This document shows positions 1 through 11,995 of a stretch of 41,033 nt of DNA, in pieces (position 1 is the stretch's first letter; each line of letters opens with the position of its first letter). Both the position numbers and the translations under genes were made by a program. The stretch is from NCBI GenBank assembly GCA_049999805.1, contig JBNGIO010006129.1:162276-203308 (forward strand), given 5' to 3'. Source of the stretch: Folioceros fuciformis (lineage: Eukaryota). A model generated the notes under the pieces. The model was not told the DNA's origin. It did no database searches and saw nothing but the letters and a program-made list of their open reading frames with translations.

Positions 1-372
1 CACTGACAACAATCATCTAAACTCTACTTCCGCACAAACAAGTCATCTGAATCCTCCTCCCGCTTCTACACATACATCAATCCTCTAAAACATGCTTTAG
101 CAAACATAACAGTCAGGTAAACCATGTTTCCACACCATCATCACTCACCTAAATATAAGCTTCAGTCAGCTAAACCATGTTAAAACTAAACTAGTGGGCT
201 ACCCAGAAGCACAGAGCAGCCTTGTCTAGCAAGCTAAACCCTAATTTGTGCCCAAACAACAGTACTCTAAACTCTATTTTCGTACAAACAACAAATCATC
301 TACTCGACTCTAAACAACTATCATGACCACAACGGCTAGGCTAACCGGAGTCACCATAGATCAAACATTGCG

Positions 373-412
373 TTTGCTTTGCAAGTCTATGATTTGCTTT
401 GCAAGTCTATGA
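373..412. repeat. Perfect 20-bp tandem duplication TTTGCTTTGCAAGTCTATGA x2
   Basis: Read directly: 373-392 and 393-412. Confidence 0.95.
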
Positions 413-569
413 TGGGTTCCTCAAAGCCACTCGATTTGCTTCTCTACCAAGGACTATCGACCTTCCCTAGCACCTCAGGTGCCTTGGCATTCCAAGCAAG
501 GAACGACGGATTTCCTACAAACGCCAAGGGCACAGGCAAGAGACGGAATACTTGAAAGAAGTTCACGAT

Positions 570-706
570 AGCTCGATAGCAACACAGGATAGAGGACTTC
601 GAACAGCTCGGTAGCAACACAGGATAAAGGACTTCGCACAGCTCGGTCGCAACACAGGATAGAGGACTTCGAACAACTTGATAGCGATAGAGGATGAAGG
701 ACTGCG
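570..706. repeat. 35-bp minisatellite, about 3.8 copies (AGCTCGGTAGCAACACAGGATAGAGGACTTCGAAC)
   Basis: Units start at 570, 605, 640 and a degenerate one at 675. Confidence 0.93.
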
Positions 707-1815
707 GTGCGTCTCGCGCCTCAAGGCCTTAAAGTATCCTTGCAACGGTGGCACGCGCTGCGAAACCTCTCAACATCCTACACAACCCGAGGCCTCTCAG
801 CATCATCAGACACGACAGCAGCAGCTAGGGCTAAGCGACTCAAGACAAGCCAACAAGACCTCGGAATGGCGACAACGACATGCAAGAGGCGTAGTATGCC
901 CTCCACCGATGAAGCCTCTAGAAGTACACAACAGACAACTCGACTCAAGCTTGTATAGAAGACCTAAGAAGTACGCAACAGGCGAGAGTCATGCTTCACC
1001 GACAAGGACCTTGCACAAGAGACTCCAGCACAAGAGTCTTGAGCGCAAGAGATCGAGCACAAGCGCAACTAGAGCACATTGCACATTGGAAGTTCCGGCG
1101 GCAAATAAATAGCTTTTGCTTCATGCCACCACACATATAGCTTATCATGTCTCGAGAACAACTGGTGTGAAACCGATGAGAATACTTTTATTCGTATGAG
1201 AAAGTAGAGCATAAGCACATACCTCATCTTCATATATTTTGATATCATATCTTCTTCTATGCCAAGGATAAGTGCCCTAAAGAAATATCTCTTTTATAAG
1301 TGAAGGACTTGCGGAGGTTGTTCCGTTATAACATTATCTTGCCAAAGACTGTTCTCTTCTCTATGAAGGACGTAAACAATGGTGAATATTTTTATACCTT
1401 TCTCGAGCACCAAACATTATAGACTAATTGCTCAACTTATGGTGGGAATTTAGAGTAAAATCCTTGGCCTTTAAATATATGGAACTCTTGAAGTAAATTA
1501 ATGCATCGCAATATGAAGCTGACAATGCAAAGATTCAACATTCATTAATGGAAAATCAAGCGGAAGGATAATGTGGTTCATTTCGTATTCTATCTCATAA
1601 TTTTATATGATAAATTATTTAAATAGATACCAAAAATATCACCAAAAAAATCTATTTAAATAGATATAGATATATACATAAAAAAATAAAAATGCTATAT
1701 ATTAAACCTCGGACTAATTTTGCATCCAAATTTAAAGCATGCAATTAGAGACAACATCCATTGAAATCCAGCACATCTCCTCTTCCAAATGCCATCCATG
1801 GGCTGGGCTAGTAAT

Positions 1816-1868
1816 AGGTTGTGCAAATGGTGGGCGGTAAGGTTGTGCAAATGGTGGGCGGTAAGGTT
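1816..1868. repeat. 24-bp tandem repeat, 2.2 copies (AGGTTGTGCAAATGGTGGGCGGTA)
   Basis: Read directly: 1816-1839, 1840-1863 and a partial third copy. Confidence 0.95.
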
Positions 1869-2663
1869 ATGCTGTGCAAACTCCTGTCTCATTCAAGTAT
1901 ATGGGTCCATCCTTGAAGGACAGAGTACCAAAATGGCATGGAGCATGGAGAGGTCCGTCAGGCTTTAGTTCAAAGTTTGGTGGAATGGGGGAAAGACAAG
2001 ACAAAACAACAGGGTGGTATGGCAGCGTGAGAAGGAGGAGGAAGATGGATGTGGGGAGGAGGAGATGTAATCCGATGTAATTTGAGGTTGATATTTTCAA
2101 TGGCTGACGAGTTGGTATGATATGCAGCGATGTGCGCAGAGTGGAGGAGAGGAGAGGAGAAGAGAAGAGAAAAGAGGAGGCGAGTAGGTGGACGCTCAAG
2201 ATGATTCAAACGAAAGGCAAGCGGTCGGAAAGGCGCTTGAGGTAAACAAACACTGGTGGGTAGTCTGGTGTGGTCTAATTCGGACGGGCGATGCGTCCGT
2301 AAGCCTGGTTATATTTTGCGTTTGCTTGGAGATGTCCCAGGTTGCTGTGCTTTCCTTCCCTTGTGTGGCTTGGTGGCTGGAGGTGGTGTCGCTGGCCTGC
2401 CTCGAGTCGCGCTTGTTGTGTCTTCCTTCTCCTCTCTGCCTCTTCTCTTGCCTGCGCTGCGTATTTGCGTCCTCCGCCTACCTACCTGCAGGCAGTGCGA
2501 CGCGTGCTGCCACGGGCCGGGGCATCCATCGTCGGGATTCAGACTGCTCTGCTCTCGTCGGGCGCGCTGCGCTGCCTTGGCCTTGCCGTGCGTGTGTGCT
2601 CTGGAGGTGAAGGCGAAGTTGAAGCTCCGTGCGTGTGTGTTGGTGTGTGCTGGTGTGTGTCCC

Positions 2664-2871
2664 CGTGTCCGTGTCCGTGTCCGTGTTTGCCCGTGCCCGT
2701 CCCTCCTTTCCTCGACTCCCTTCCCTTGTTTGCACATCGAAGGAAGGAAGGAAGGAAGGAAGGAAGGAAAGCCCCGGTCCCGGCCCCTTCGCCTGCCTCT
2801 GCCTCTGCCTCTGCCTCCGCAATTCGTTTGCCGTTCTTCTTTTTTCCCCCATTACCGCACGCACGCACGCA
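2664..2871. repeat. Microsatellite cluster: (CCGTGT)n, (GAAG)n at 2739-2769, (GCCTCT)n, (GCAC)n
   Basis: Read directly; lies upstream of the DUF1639-like gene. Confidence 0.9.
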
Positions 2872-4276
2872 CGGAGCATGCTGTAGCGGGCGCGGCTGCT
2901 GCAGCTGCCGAGGGGCGCATTGCCCGCAGCAGGCACGCCCGCCCCGCTGATGAGGTGAGGTGACGTGAGGTGAGGTCAGGTGGAGTGAGCACCCGGATTG
3001 TGGCCTGCCAGGGAGTGAGTGAGACAGCGGAGCTTTGGAGATTGAGCAGTTGCCAGCGCCCGGATCCTAGGCCGCCAAATTCTGCAAGAAACGCCCCGCC
3101 TCCGCATTGGACATGCGGATGTGAGCCAAGGATGGCACCACTCCGCGCGCGCTCCGTTGCCAGTGCCAGATTCCGCGGGCCAAGCTAAGCGCCTCCAAAG
3201 AAGGCGTGGGATTGCGGCACCGGGAGCTTGCGACTTAGGACTGGCACGGGCTGCCCCCGCCTCGCGCTTACTAGCTGCCAGCACATTGCTCATTCCGCCT
3301 CCAAATTTTGTGCAACGTTCCTCTGCTGCGGCGGGATGACGCCCCTCCCCTCAGGTAGGTAGCCAAGCTTGCATTGCTGCTGTTTTGCAAATTTCACTTC
3401 CCTCTCCCTGTGCTGCCTTGCCTTGCTTTGCCTGGCCTTGCTTGCTTGCCTCTCTTTCTTTCCTTCCCGGCCTGCATCGATTCCGCGATTCGCCTCTGAC
3501 AGTTAGTTCCGTCTCTCTCCTTGCCTCTGCTGCGTGCCGGGGGGAAGCTCATCATCGCAGGCTGGACGGATTTCTGGTCTCCTTCACCGATCGCCCCTAT
3601 CTTGCCTGCCTGCCTGCCTGAGCGTCCTGTCAGGTGCTCCCAGTCCAAGTACTGTGCATGGGCTAATCACGATCGGGGCTTATGGCGCAGGAATGGGGTC
3701 TTAGGCGTTCCCGCAAGTACCTAGGTGGCTTCCCGGGGAGTTGTGCTCTTGGGGCATGGCTGCTGCAACTGCAGTAGAGGCGGTACGTACTCTGCCCCTA
3801 CCCCATTGTCGTTTCTAACCATGTCGCTGCGTGGATTTGTGCGTGACGGATTCATCTTCCACTTTTTCCATGTTCTCGCACCCAGTGGCCACTCCAATTC
3901 CAGTCAACGATTCTATGCCTCTCTGTGCAGGATGAAGTTTTCAGATGGCCTCAATCTCTGGCTTTTGGGCACCAACTACAATTGTAGGAATGCCATACTT
4001 TTGCTGCTTGACCATGATTCCTCACAATTGTAGCGATCTGACATTCTCACCTCCTTGTCACCCTCACCCTGTCTGCTTACTTGGTGTAGCAGTTTCTGCT
4101 CCTGGTTCTCTCTAGGTTTCCTGCCTCTCCACGGCTAGCCTAGGGCTGCCCTCGCTTAAAACCCCTCACTACGATCCTTGTACAGCATAACATTTCGCTC
4201 ATGACTTGTCGCCCTTTTCGATTGTTGTGTGCAGTCTGCAGGAACACGCAGAGCAGTTGTCAGGAGTGAACGTTTT

Positions 4277-5923
4277 ATGGAATGGCAGCGTGAACTGAGC
4301 AGGTACTCTTTTGAACGGGACCGCTCCATGTTGTGATTTCTAGGTACCGCTCCACGTGCTGGAAGCTGTCTAACCATCACCTCTGAATACTGCATTGATT
4401 TCGTGCTTCATCTAGCTCTCGTGCAACTTACGGGGGTCGCAAACGTCATGATGATGCTGATGCTGTTGAGAATGCTGGCATCAAGAAATTCTATGGCAAA
4501 AGGTAGCATGTTTAACGACTGCCATGTTTTTCTATTGGTAGTGGTTGGCATGACATCTGGTGTATAGCAAGTTTGGCATTTCCAGGCATTGAGAATTGCT
4601 GAGACTATATCCTCCTTGTCACATTTCCAAAGGCATTCGAGTGATGAGGACGGTGTAAAGCTTCCAAGGCAGGAAGGGTCAGAGGAGCGTAATGGGGATG
4701 GCAATGAACCTGTAGTAGCTGATTCGCAGGCTACAGAGGGAACTGGCGTGAATTCAAGGCCTCGAGTCAAAAAACAGCAGCAGCACCAGCGGCAGAGGAC
4801 GGATCCCAAGAAGCAGAGTAGGAAGGAAAGTGACGCTGAACAGAAAAAGGTTTCTCAGAGCAAGGATTCTGCTGCTCCTGCGGACGGAGGAAGGATGAGG
4901 AGGTGTAAGCAGCAGGCTGCACAGCCATCCCAAACAGCTCATCCTCGACGGCAACAACAGGCACAGCAACATGATCCTGAATCACAGCAGCAGACAAGCC
5001 TCACTCAGCCCACGGCAAGGAGGAGGCAAAGGCGGGTTCCAAGGACATTCACTCCTCCAAAGGAAGAGGCTGAGAGGGAGTTAAGATCCTTGACTAGGTA
5101 CCGGCGTTGGATTCCTCAGATGGATTGTAATGGTGTAATGCATACTGATTCATTCCGAGATTGACGCAGTCAGTTTCTCCTGCATTAGGGCAGCCAGTAG
5201 AGATGCACATGGGTTGATTTGAGTCGCTACTGTGAAGACAGTCGGCTTTCATTCATCTGATTCCTCACCTGGCTTCTTGACGTGCATGAGTTGTGACATG
5301 CTTTGGCTCGAAGGGTGAACGCACAAGCATGAGCACGTCATGTGCTCACCATGGTGGTGGAAGAATGCTGACTCTCTCACTTGTCGTCTTGACGTTGTGA
5401 TAAAACTGAGCAGGAACCGAGGGAGTGAGACTCCCCCTCAGCCACCTGCAGCACCAGCTAGCAAGGCCACAAAGAGGTCCAAGCGCGTTGCTCAAAGACT
5501 GGCTCATGAGGAGCCAACGTGCACACCCCCTTTGAAGCTGCCCAAGCTCCATTTGGTGCTTACCCGGAAGGAAATTCAAGAAGATTGGCTGAAAATAACC
5601 GGACACAAGTATACCGGGAAGCCAAAGAAGTCGACTCTCATCCAACGTGTAAGTGCATGCATTTGGACTCGGGCTATTTTTGCATGTGTTTCTTTTTTGG
5701 AAAAGGTGGTGCGACCTACATACTTGTGATTCGCGGGCATCCTCTGCTCACACACGGAATGGTGATTATTGTGCAGGGACTTGGCTTGTGCACTTCACTG
5801 ACGTGCCCTTCAACCATCCGTTACCTCAATGAGCCTCAATGTAAGTGCAGCCTCATCGACGAGGATCTTGACTGATACCAGCATTCCACTTATGCTGACC
5901 TCGTTGATCATGTGTTGTCAGGA
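4277..5923 (+). CDS. DUF1639-like plant protein; join(4277-4302,4416-4502,4633-5097,5414-5648,5777-5840,5922-5923)
   Basis: Phase-consistent GT-AG exons give a low-complexity Q/R/K-rich body. The C-terminal KLHLVLTRKEIQEDWLKITGHKYTGKPKK resembles the DUF1639 motif (L-S/T-R-x-E-I-x-E-D-F/W...TG...PKK). The N-terminal exons and a possible microexon at 5189-5212 are less certain. Confidence 0.75.
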
Positions 5924-7006
5924 TTGGCATGGGAGAGCAGTGGTATGCTTATGCTGTCCATTGTTTTCCAACTTTTTGGTGCAAAGAGCAACCCATCATT
6001 CTTTGGTTCTCTCCTGCTGGAGCTCCCAAACCAAGGGAGCATACAGAGCTGGAACCAGGCGCGCATGGATGTAGAGCGGTTGGTCTTGATGTAAGAAGTA
6101 GCAGTCAAGTAGTGGCCATGGTCTGTTTGACAGTCATTCATTTTCTTATCTGGTAGCGTCTGAATTGTATGACGAATGGTGGGCTTAGACTGAAGGACAG
6201 GGTGAACTGTCCAAGTATCAAAGTCTGCGAAGACTATCCTTTGGGATGGCTTTCTCACTGCCTTGCCTGATGTGAAACCTTGTCTGGGTTTCGGCATCCT
6301 TTCTCTGGTACTGTACCCGGGTGTCCACAACTGGCACCGAGTTCGAGTTCCTGGGCTGAGAGACCACCAGAGGCGATCGAAGTTCACCTATTCGGTATCC
6401 TCTCTGTCAATTGAGAATGTACTTTATGTGTGAAATAATGACTTGTAGACACACAGAGTAGCAGCTGCTGTAAGAGTACTCTGCGGGAAACAGCAGGAAC
6501 AGTGTATCGGTTCCTCGTACGTTGCAGCGTGGGCCTTGTGGCACCATAGGGGTAGGTACCCGGTTCCATCGCACCTTACCTGTCTTTTGAAAGCTTTTGC
6601 CCTCGTAAATTATCATGTCAGCCTCCAAGTAGGTCGGCATGAACTGTAAGATGTGAGATCGCTTGGCTTTGAAGCTTGCATACCATTCTTGCCTGCGCGG
6701 GGTCTTCGAGAAGCAGTACGCCCTCCTCACACTGCCCAGCATTTGTTTACGGGATGTTGGCCAATGCGAAACTCAGGATGCTGTGATCCAAGAATCTTTT
6801 CTGACAAAAAGATGGTGGTGGACCCTGGGGACAGAATCAGATGACTTGTGTTGTTTAACGAAGGCGGAATCATCAGGCATGGAGTTACTGACAGTTCTGC
6901 CTGAACATCCAGCGGACCTGTGGCCTTCCCACAACCACAAACACGTTTTGAGATGTGGAATCGGGATCTTGAAAGCTCTTTACGCGCGCACCGATGAACC
7001 ATGCTC

Positions 7007-10000
7007 TCAGGTTAGAGCGAGTACTTGAGACACGGGAGACAGATCAGGTTTCTGAGTTTCCTTCCACATGACTGGAACTGTGAAGCTGTCGAACTTCCCC
7101 TGAGCTGGAAAATAGCCAGCCACGACCTTCCTTCCCCCGTATAGACGTCCATGCAAGGAGGTGGCTGCTACCAGCGCATATTCCTCCCGGCCGTACTCCA
7201 CAAAAATTTGGCCCCAGCTCTTGAGAGAAGTATCGCTCGTATGCCTTAAAGTGCTTGCTTGTTGGCTGGAGTCCGACCCATCTACGGCTTCACAGCTGCT
7301 TGCAATTCCGTTCGATTCGTCTTCCGTCGTCCGCTGGTTCTCTGTGAAGATTTCAAGCTCAGGTCGACATCCTAGCTCGTGGTCGTCTGTAGCTACTGGG
7401 AGGAGTGTGAAGGCTCTTACCTGTCATACCAGAGGGCGCCTTGGGCCTGGTGATGTGCATGGCTTTGATAGTGCCAAACCTGCCAAATGGGAGGCATGCA
7501 GACATGTGAGGGAGAAGTGCAAGTGAACGGCCCTGGGTCACGGGAGCCTAGGAAGCTGGGTCCCGAGCACGGGAGTACCTTGAACACTCTATCTTGATGT
7601 CCTCTATGTACTCAGCGACTTCCTCTTCTGACATGGACAAGAATTCCTCCTCCGAGACCTAGAGGTTCCCGCACCACAAACCCCAGCACAGCAACGGCTC
7701 ACTACATTTTGGGACGTCTGTTTCTCTCGGTTTTTGGAGAGGAAAGTTGAGGGGCAAACCAGGTTATGAAGTTCTACGATGCGAGTCGGAGGTTCCAAAA
7801 GCGGAACAGCAGCTTCTGGTATGCCGTAGAATGGGGTGCCTCTAGACTGCGATGGCCACTTTTCACCTTGGTTATCTTCAGCTCAGCACGGTGCTTCTTG
7901 CTAGTTAAGATGTCAAGAAAGTGAAAAACTTAAGCCAGCTGGTAGTCATCCGAGAAACCTGGGACAGGACGTCTGGCGTTGCTTGGACACATGTCAGCGG
8001 ATTGTTGGCAAGGCGTAATCCATTCAGGCCTGCACATGCTTTCAGAGTGACATCTGGATCCAAATACTGGGGCCAGGGTTACGGTACACTCGTAAGATTC
8101 CTTCGAAAGCATACACGAATACAGGACCAAAACAAAACCAGTGTCCTTCAACCCCGCTTCCAGGACTTGCAAGCTTGAAATCACACAAAGAAGCGAATGC
8201 GTGAGATTTTACTGTGCGAGTTCGTGCTTTCTATCCTATCCCCCGATCTGCAGGGAGGAAGAGGTGAAAAACTTGCCTCAAAATAAACGTATCTCTTGGG
8301 AGGGAATTGGGTTAGTACAACTTCGCAGTGAAATGCTTTCAGCTGTCCGAACGACGTGACGATTTCTTTAACCTGGAGTGGGAACCAATTGCAGGATCAA
8401 CCCTCGGGCAATTCTCCAGTGCTGCAGTAGTAGGTAGGAAGCTGACACCCATATCAAAGTTCTGGAAGTGCTCACAGCACGTACCTTTTCTGGTGATAGG
8501 GACGAGGCTATGCCTCCTAGAAATATCTGTCATCAGGAAAGCACAGGTACAGGTAAATACGAAAGTAGCTGAAGTAGCCCTGTAACGGGCGGGAGATGCT
8601 TTCACTACACCAAGCTTCTTCATGAGTCTCCACAATTGACGAGATGATCAATTTGGGGGCTTTTGATTTGAGTTACATTTCAAAGACACAATTGCAGACC
8701 ACGACCGAATAACAACCTTGCGTGGAGAGTCCGGCACCACGTTGGATACGAGGTTAGGAGCAGCGATGGTGGGAAGATTCTGTACCACAAACAGCGCTGT
8801 TAGGCAGGAGCCCTTGCACGGTTTGAATAGCCGAATCACTAAAGCAAGTCGAAACAATTATCCTCAGCGATCTAAACACAAGATATTATCCTACATGATT
8901 TGGCATCAGAAAGCGGAGGACTGGTGCAAATGTCTACCACAGGGTGCACGTAGTCTTTTGGCCTCCTGAGCTTCACGACTGTTCCATGCAACATAACACC
9001 ATCAAATGCGAGAGCAGCAGTAGTATCCTCAGGCGAAATGAATTCAGCAAAGGCATAGTTCTTCTCAGGATGGACCTGTCCAAAACAGCAGACACGGAAG
9101 CACCTGAGCAATGTGTGGTCAGCTACCGAACTAACAAATCGAAAAGACAAGCCCACCACGAGTGGCCAACACAGGCAGGATTGCTGCACAGCAACATCTG
9201 CGTCTTACTGTGCAGCTGATACAGGGCTTAGTTCCCGGGATACTGTTGATGTTGGCAGACAGTAGAGCTGCGTTCATGAACTCCAGAAACTCTCCATCCG
9301 ATACGGTGGATGGCACGTTTCCAGCATACAGCCTCCTGATGGACCGAGTGGCTTGAGTCAGAGTTAGAGACACCACCGGAACCATGAGTTGCTGCTGGAG
9401 AGCTGTGACTACCAAAGGATTGCCAGCTCCAAAAGGGGTACTGGGGAGTGGCACAGGAACCCCAGCAGCTGTATTCTGCACAGCACCACCTTGCTGAGCC
9501 TGTTGTGTAAGAGCTGCATCCCCTACAACCGGGGGCAGGTCCCAAGCACGGGACTTCTTCCTTTCGGGAGATCTCGTAGGCGGGGAGGGTGTGCTTGTGA
9601 CATCTCTTGACCTACGCCTCCTCGGGGAGTACCCGCCGAGCCCGCTTGATCCTCCTCCATACTTATGATACCGTGAGTCGTCTTCTTCCTCTCGACTGTC
9701 GCTTCTGCGGGAATGGGATTGCATTTTGTCGAACCTGTGCCTGCGAGGAGGAGGGAACTCCAAGCCTTGATCATCGTCGTACCTTCGACCATGAGGTCTT
9801 TCCGACCAACTGAATCTATACGACCTCCCCCTTGCACCATAGCCGAATCTCCCTCTCCGTCCATACCCGTCATGCCATCGAGGTGACCAGTCATAGGATG
9901 ATCTTCCAGAGTGCCTGTCGTAGCGTCCGTGGATAAAATTGTGCGCCCCTCTGTCCCAATACCTCCTTGGACGACGGAGGCCTCTGTAATAGCGTCCACC

Positions 10001-11995
10001 ATGGTGTTTGTGACGATCAGAGTCGCTGCTGGGACTCGAGCTTCTCGAGCTTTTGGAGCGTGAACTCTTGTCACTGACCGACACCGAGCTTCGACTGGAG
10101 CGACTTCTTTCCCTTCTGCGCCTTCTCCTTCTCCGTCTCCTCAGAGCCTCCAAAACGCTCTGATCGGTGTCCGAGCGTTGCGCCCCGTCCGATTCCTCGC
10201 TGGCTGCCTTCTCCGAGTCCTGCCCACTGCTGCCGATGTCTTGGGACTTGGCACTACGAGGACTGCGCTTGCCATTGCTGTCACTTGCAGCCGGAACGGC
10301 CTGGGAGTCGGTATTCTGGGCGGACGGCTCATCCTCAACCTGACGCTCTACGCTGCTGGCCTTTTCTTTCCTGTCTGTCGGAGAGCAGGGATCCTGCTTG
10401 GCATCCAGCGAGCGAGACTGCGTGCATGCTTCTTCGTGTGATTCTGCGGGAGAAGGAGGGACGTCTTGAGCAATTGTGTTTTGTATGTCATCTGGTGGGC
10501 AACCTTCTTCAGTACTGCGTGGCGCCTCAGGTCCAATCGGGGTTGGTACCGCTCCCTCTTGGCTGCTGCACTTCTTGTTCTCGATCGGGGGACTATCTTC
10601 TTGCCTGGGAGACGTGACCAGTGTTTGACCAAAAGGTTTTACAGTGCCGGTGTCTTTCTTCATGCCGGCATCAGATATGCAGGTGGTTGGTTGAACAGGC
10701 GGTCTCACCTTGACATTGCCCTGCTTCATCTCGCCATCAGCTATGCTGGTCGCAGATGAAACCGGTGTTGGAACAGGTGTTTTTACCTTGCCGTTGTCTT
10801 TCTCAATCTGGACATCAGATACGCAAGGATTCTCTCCGGGTCGTTGACTGACATCTCCATCCTTCCCACTGGAACTGGATTCCAGGGTGATAGCCGAATG
10901 CCCACCGGAATCAGACTCCCGAGGACGCCCCACTTGTTTGTCCTCGTTTAGGGCTGTCTCCTCACCAGACCACCTGCTTCCGAAATGGATGCCACTACCA
11001 GCTTCCATTCCCATGGCCAGGGACTCCTCGTTTTCCACAATTGCAGCAGCAGAAGAAGCCACTGGTTCCTCCACGCATTGCTCCTTGTCACTGCCGCGAC
11101 GCACAGGTAATGTCTCATCTGGCACGGGTGGTTGCTCTGCTTCTTTGCTGCCTACTGCCTCCACAACCGATGGCGATGGTGTAGGCAGCTGCGAATAGAG
11201 AAGCCGTACTTCATCCAAACCTGCAGCAGAAGGGCCTGGTTCCTCCATGCATTCCTCCTTTCCACTGCCGCAGCCCACAGATACCGTCTCGTCTGGCACG
11301 GATTCTTGCTCCGCCTCTCTGCTGCTTCCCACCTCTACAACGGGTTGCAATGTTGTGTGCAGCTGAGAATAGAGAAGCCATTCTTTCTCCACAATCGCGG
11401 GAGAAGGGACGGCATCCTCGCATCCCTCATCTTCACTGCCGCCGGGCACAGGTAATGTGTCATCTGGCACGAAGGTTTGCTTTTCCTCCTGCTGCTCTTT
11501 CCCGCCGACTTCTGGCTCTCCAACTGATTGCGGTGCGTTGTGCAGCTGAGAGTAGAGGAGCCATTCGGCGTATATCAACTGCTCCATCTCGTCCTCGTCT
11601 CCGACAACAGGCTCCTTTTCCTGCCTTGCTCTTTTACTGCCTGTGTCGTCCTGGTAGTCGTCATCATGCTCGTTCTCATACTCATACTCACACTCAGAAC
11701 GATGATAGCCATCTCGGTGCCTTTCATGCCTCTCAACAACCTCATCACCGGCAACATTTCTCCTCCTCCCCTCCTGTCTGCTCCCAGAACGTCCACTATG
11801 TTCCCGGCCGTGGTCTGATCTGACAGGCTTATGCCTTCCTCGCCGAGTCCCATCGCGGTGCTTATCAGAGTGTTCTCGATCTTTGTCACTCTCCTTGCCC
11901 TTTCTGCTGCCCCCTGCAGCTGGCATGTTTTCAGTCCGCTTCCTTGCCCAAGAAAATTCCTCACCCGTCTCTTCCTCCTCACGCCTGCTCTTCAT
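7007..11995 (-). CDS. U2AF large-subunit (U2AF65)-related splicing factor with a long N-terminal extension; exons 11995-9209, 9075-~8941, 8779-8717, 8526-8485, 8372-8277, 8066-7959, 7846-7760, 7658-7579, 7479-7421, 7341-7007
   Basis: RS-rich region and a KKSRAWD motif. RRM1: TQATRSIRRLYAGNVP...YAFAEF...ALAFDG...LRRPKDY. RRM2: KIFLGGI...FGQLKAF...VTLKACAGLNG. UHM-like RRM3: IVELHNL...EDIKIECSRFG...GQIFVEY...LHGRLYGGR. All exon phases are consistent. Confidence 0.9.

Larger units (their letters stand above)
1..1900. mobile_element. Probable decayed repeat/transposon-derived tract, family unidentified
   Basis: Lower GC than the genic DNA and very AT-rich at 1110-1750. Contains several local duplications (373-412, 570-706, 1816-1868, and AGTCAG(G/C)TAAACCATGTT at about 111 and 164). 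Only stop-interrupted frames; no recognisable TE domain or terminus. Confidence 0.35.

Noticed and set aside
570-706. 35-bp repeats as a CRISPR array
   Set aside because: Units are contiguous with no unique spacers, there are no cas genes, and the context is eukaryotic.
1791-1812. Helitron-like end GGGCTAG|T
   Set aside because: The upstream hairpin is too weak to distinguish from chance.
2188-3339. Many overlapping ORFs of about 70-235 aa on both strands
   Set aside because: Produced by GC-rich microsatellite DNA; low-complexity translations with no domain.
7396-7420. Apparent 25-nt micro-intron or frameshift in the U2AF65-like gene
   Set aside because: A normal 79-nt intron (7420-7342) with a CTGAG branch-like motif restores the frame.
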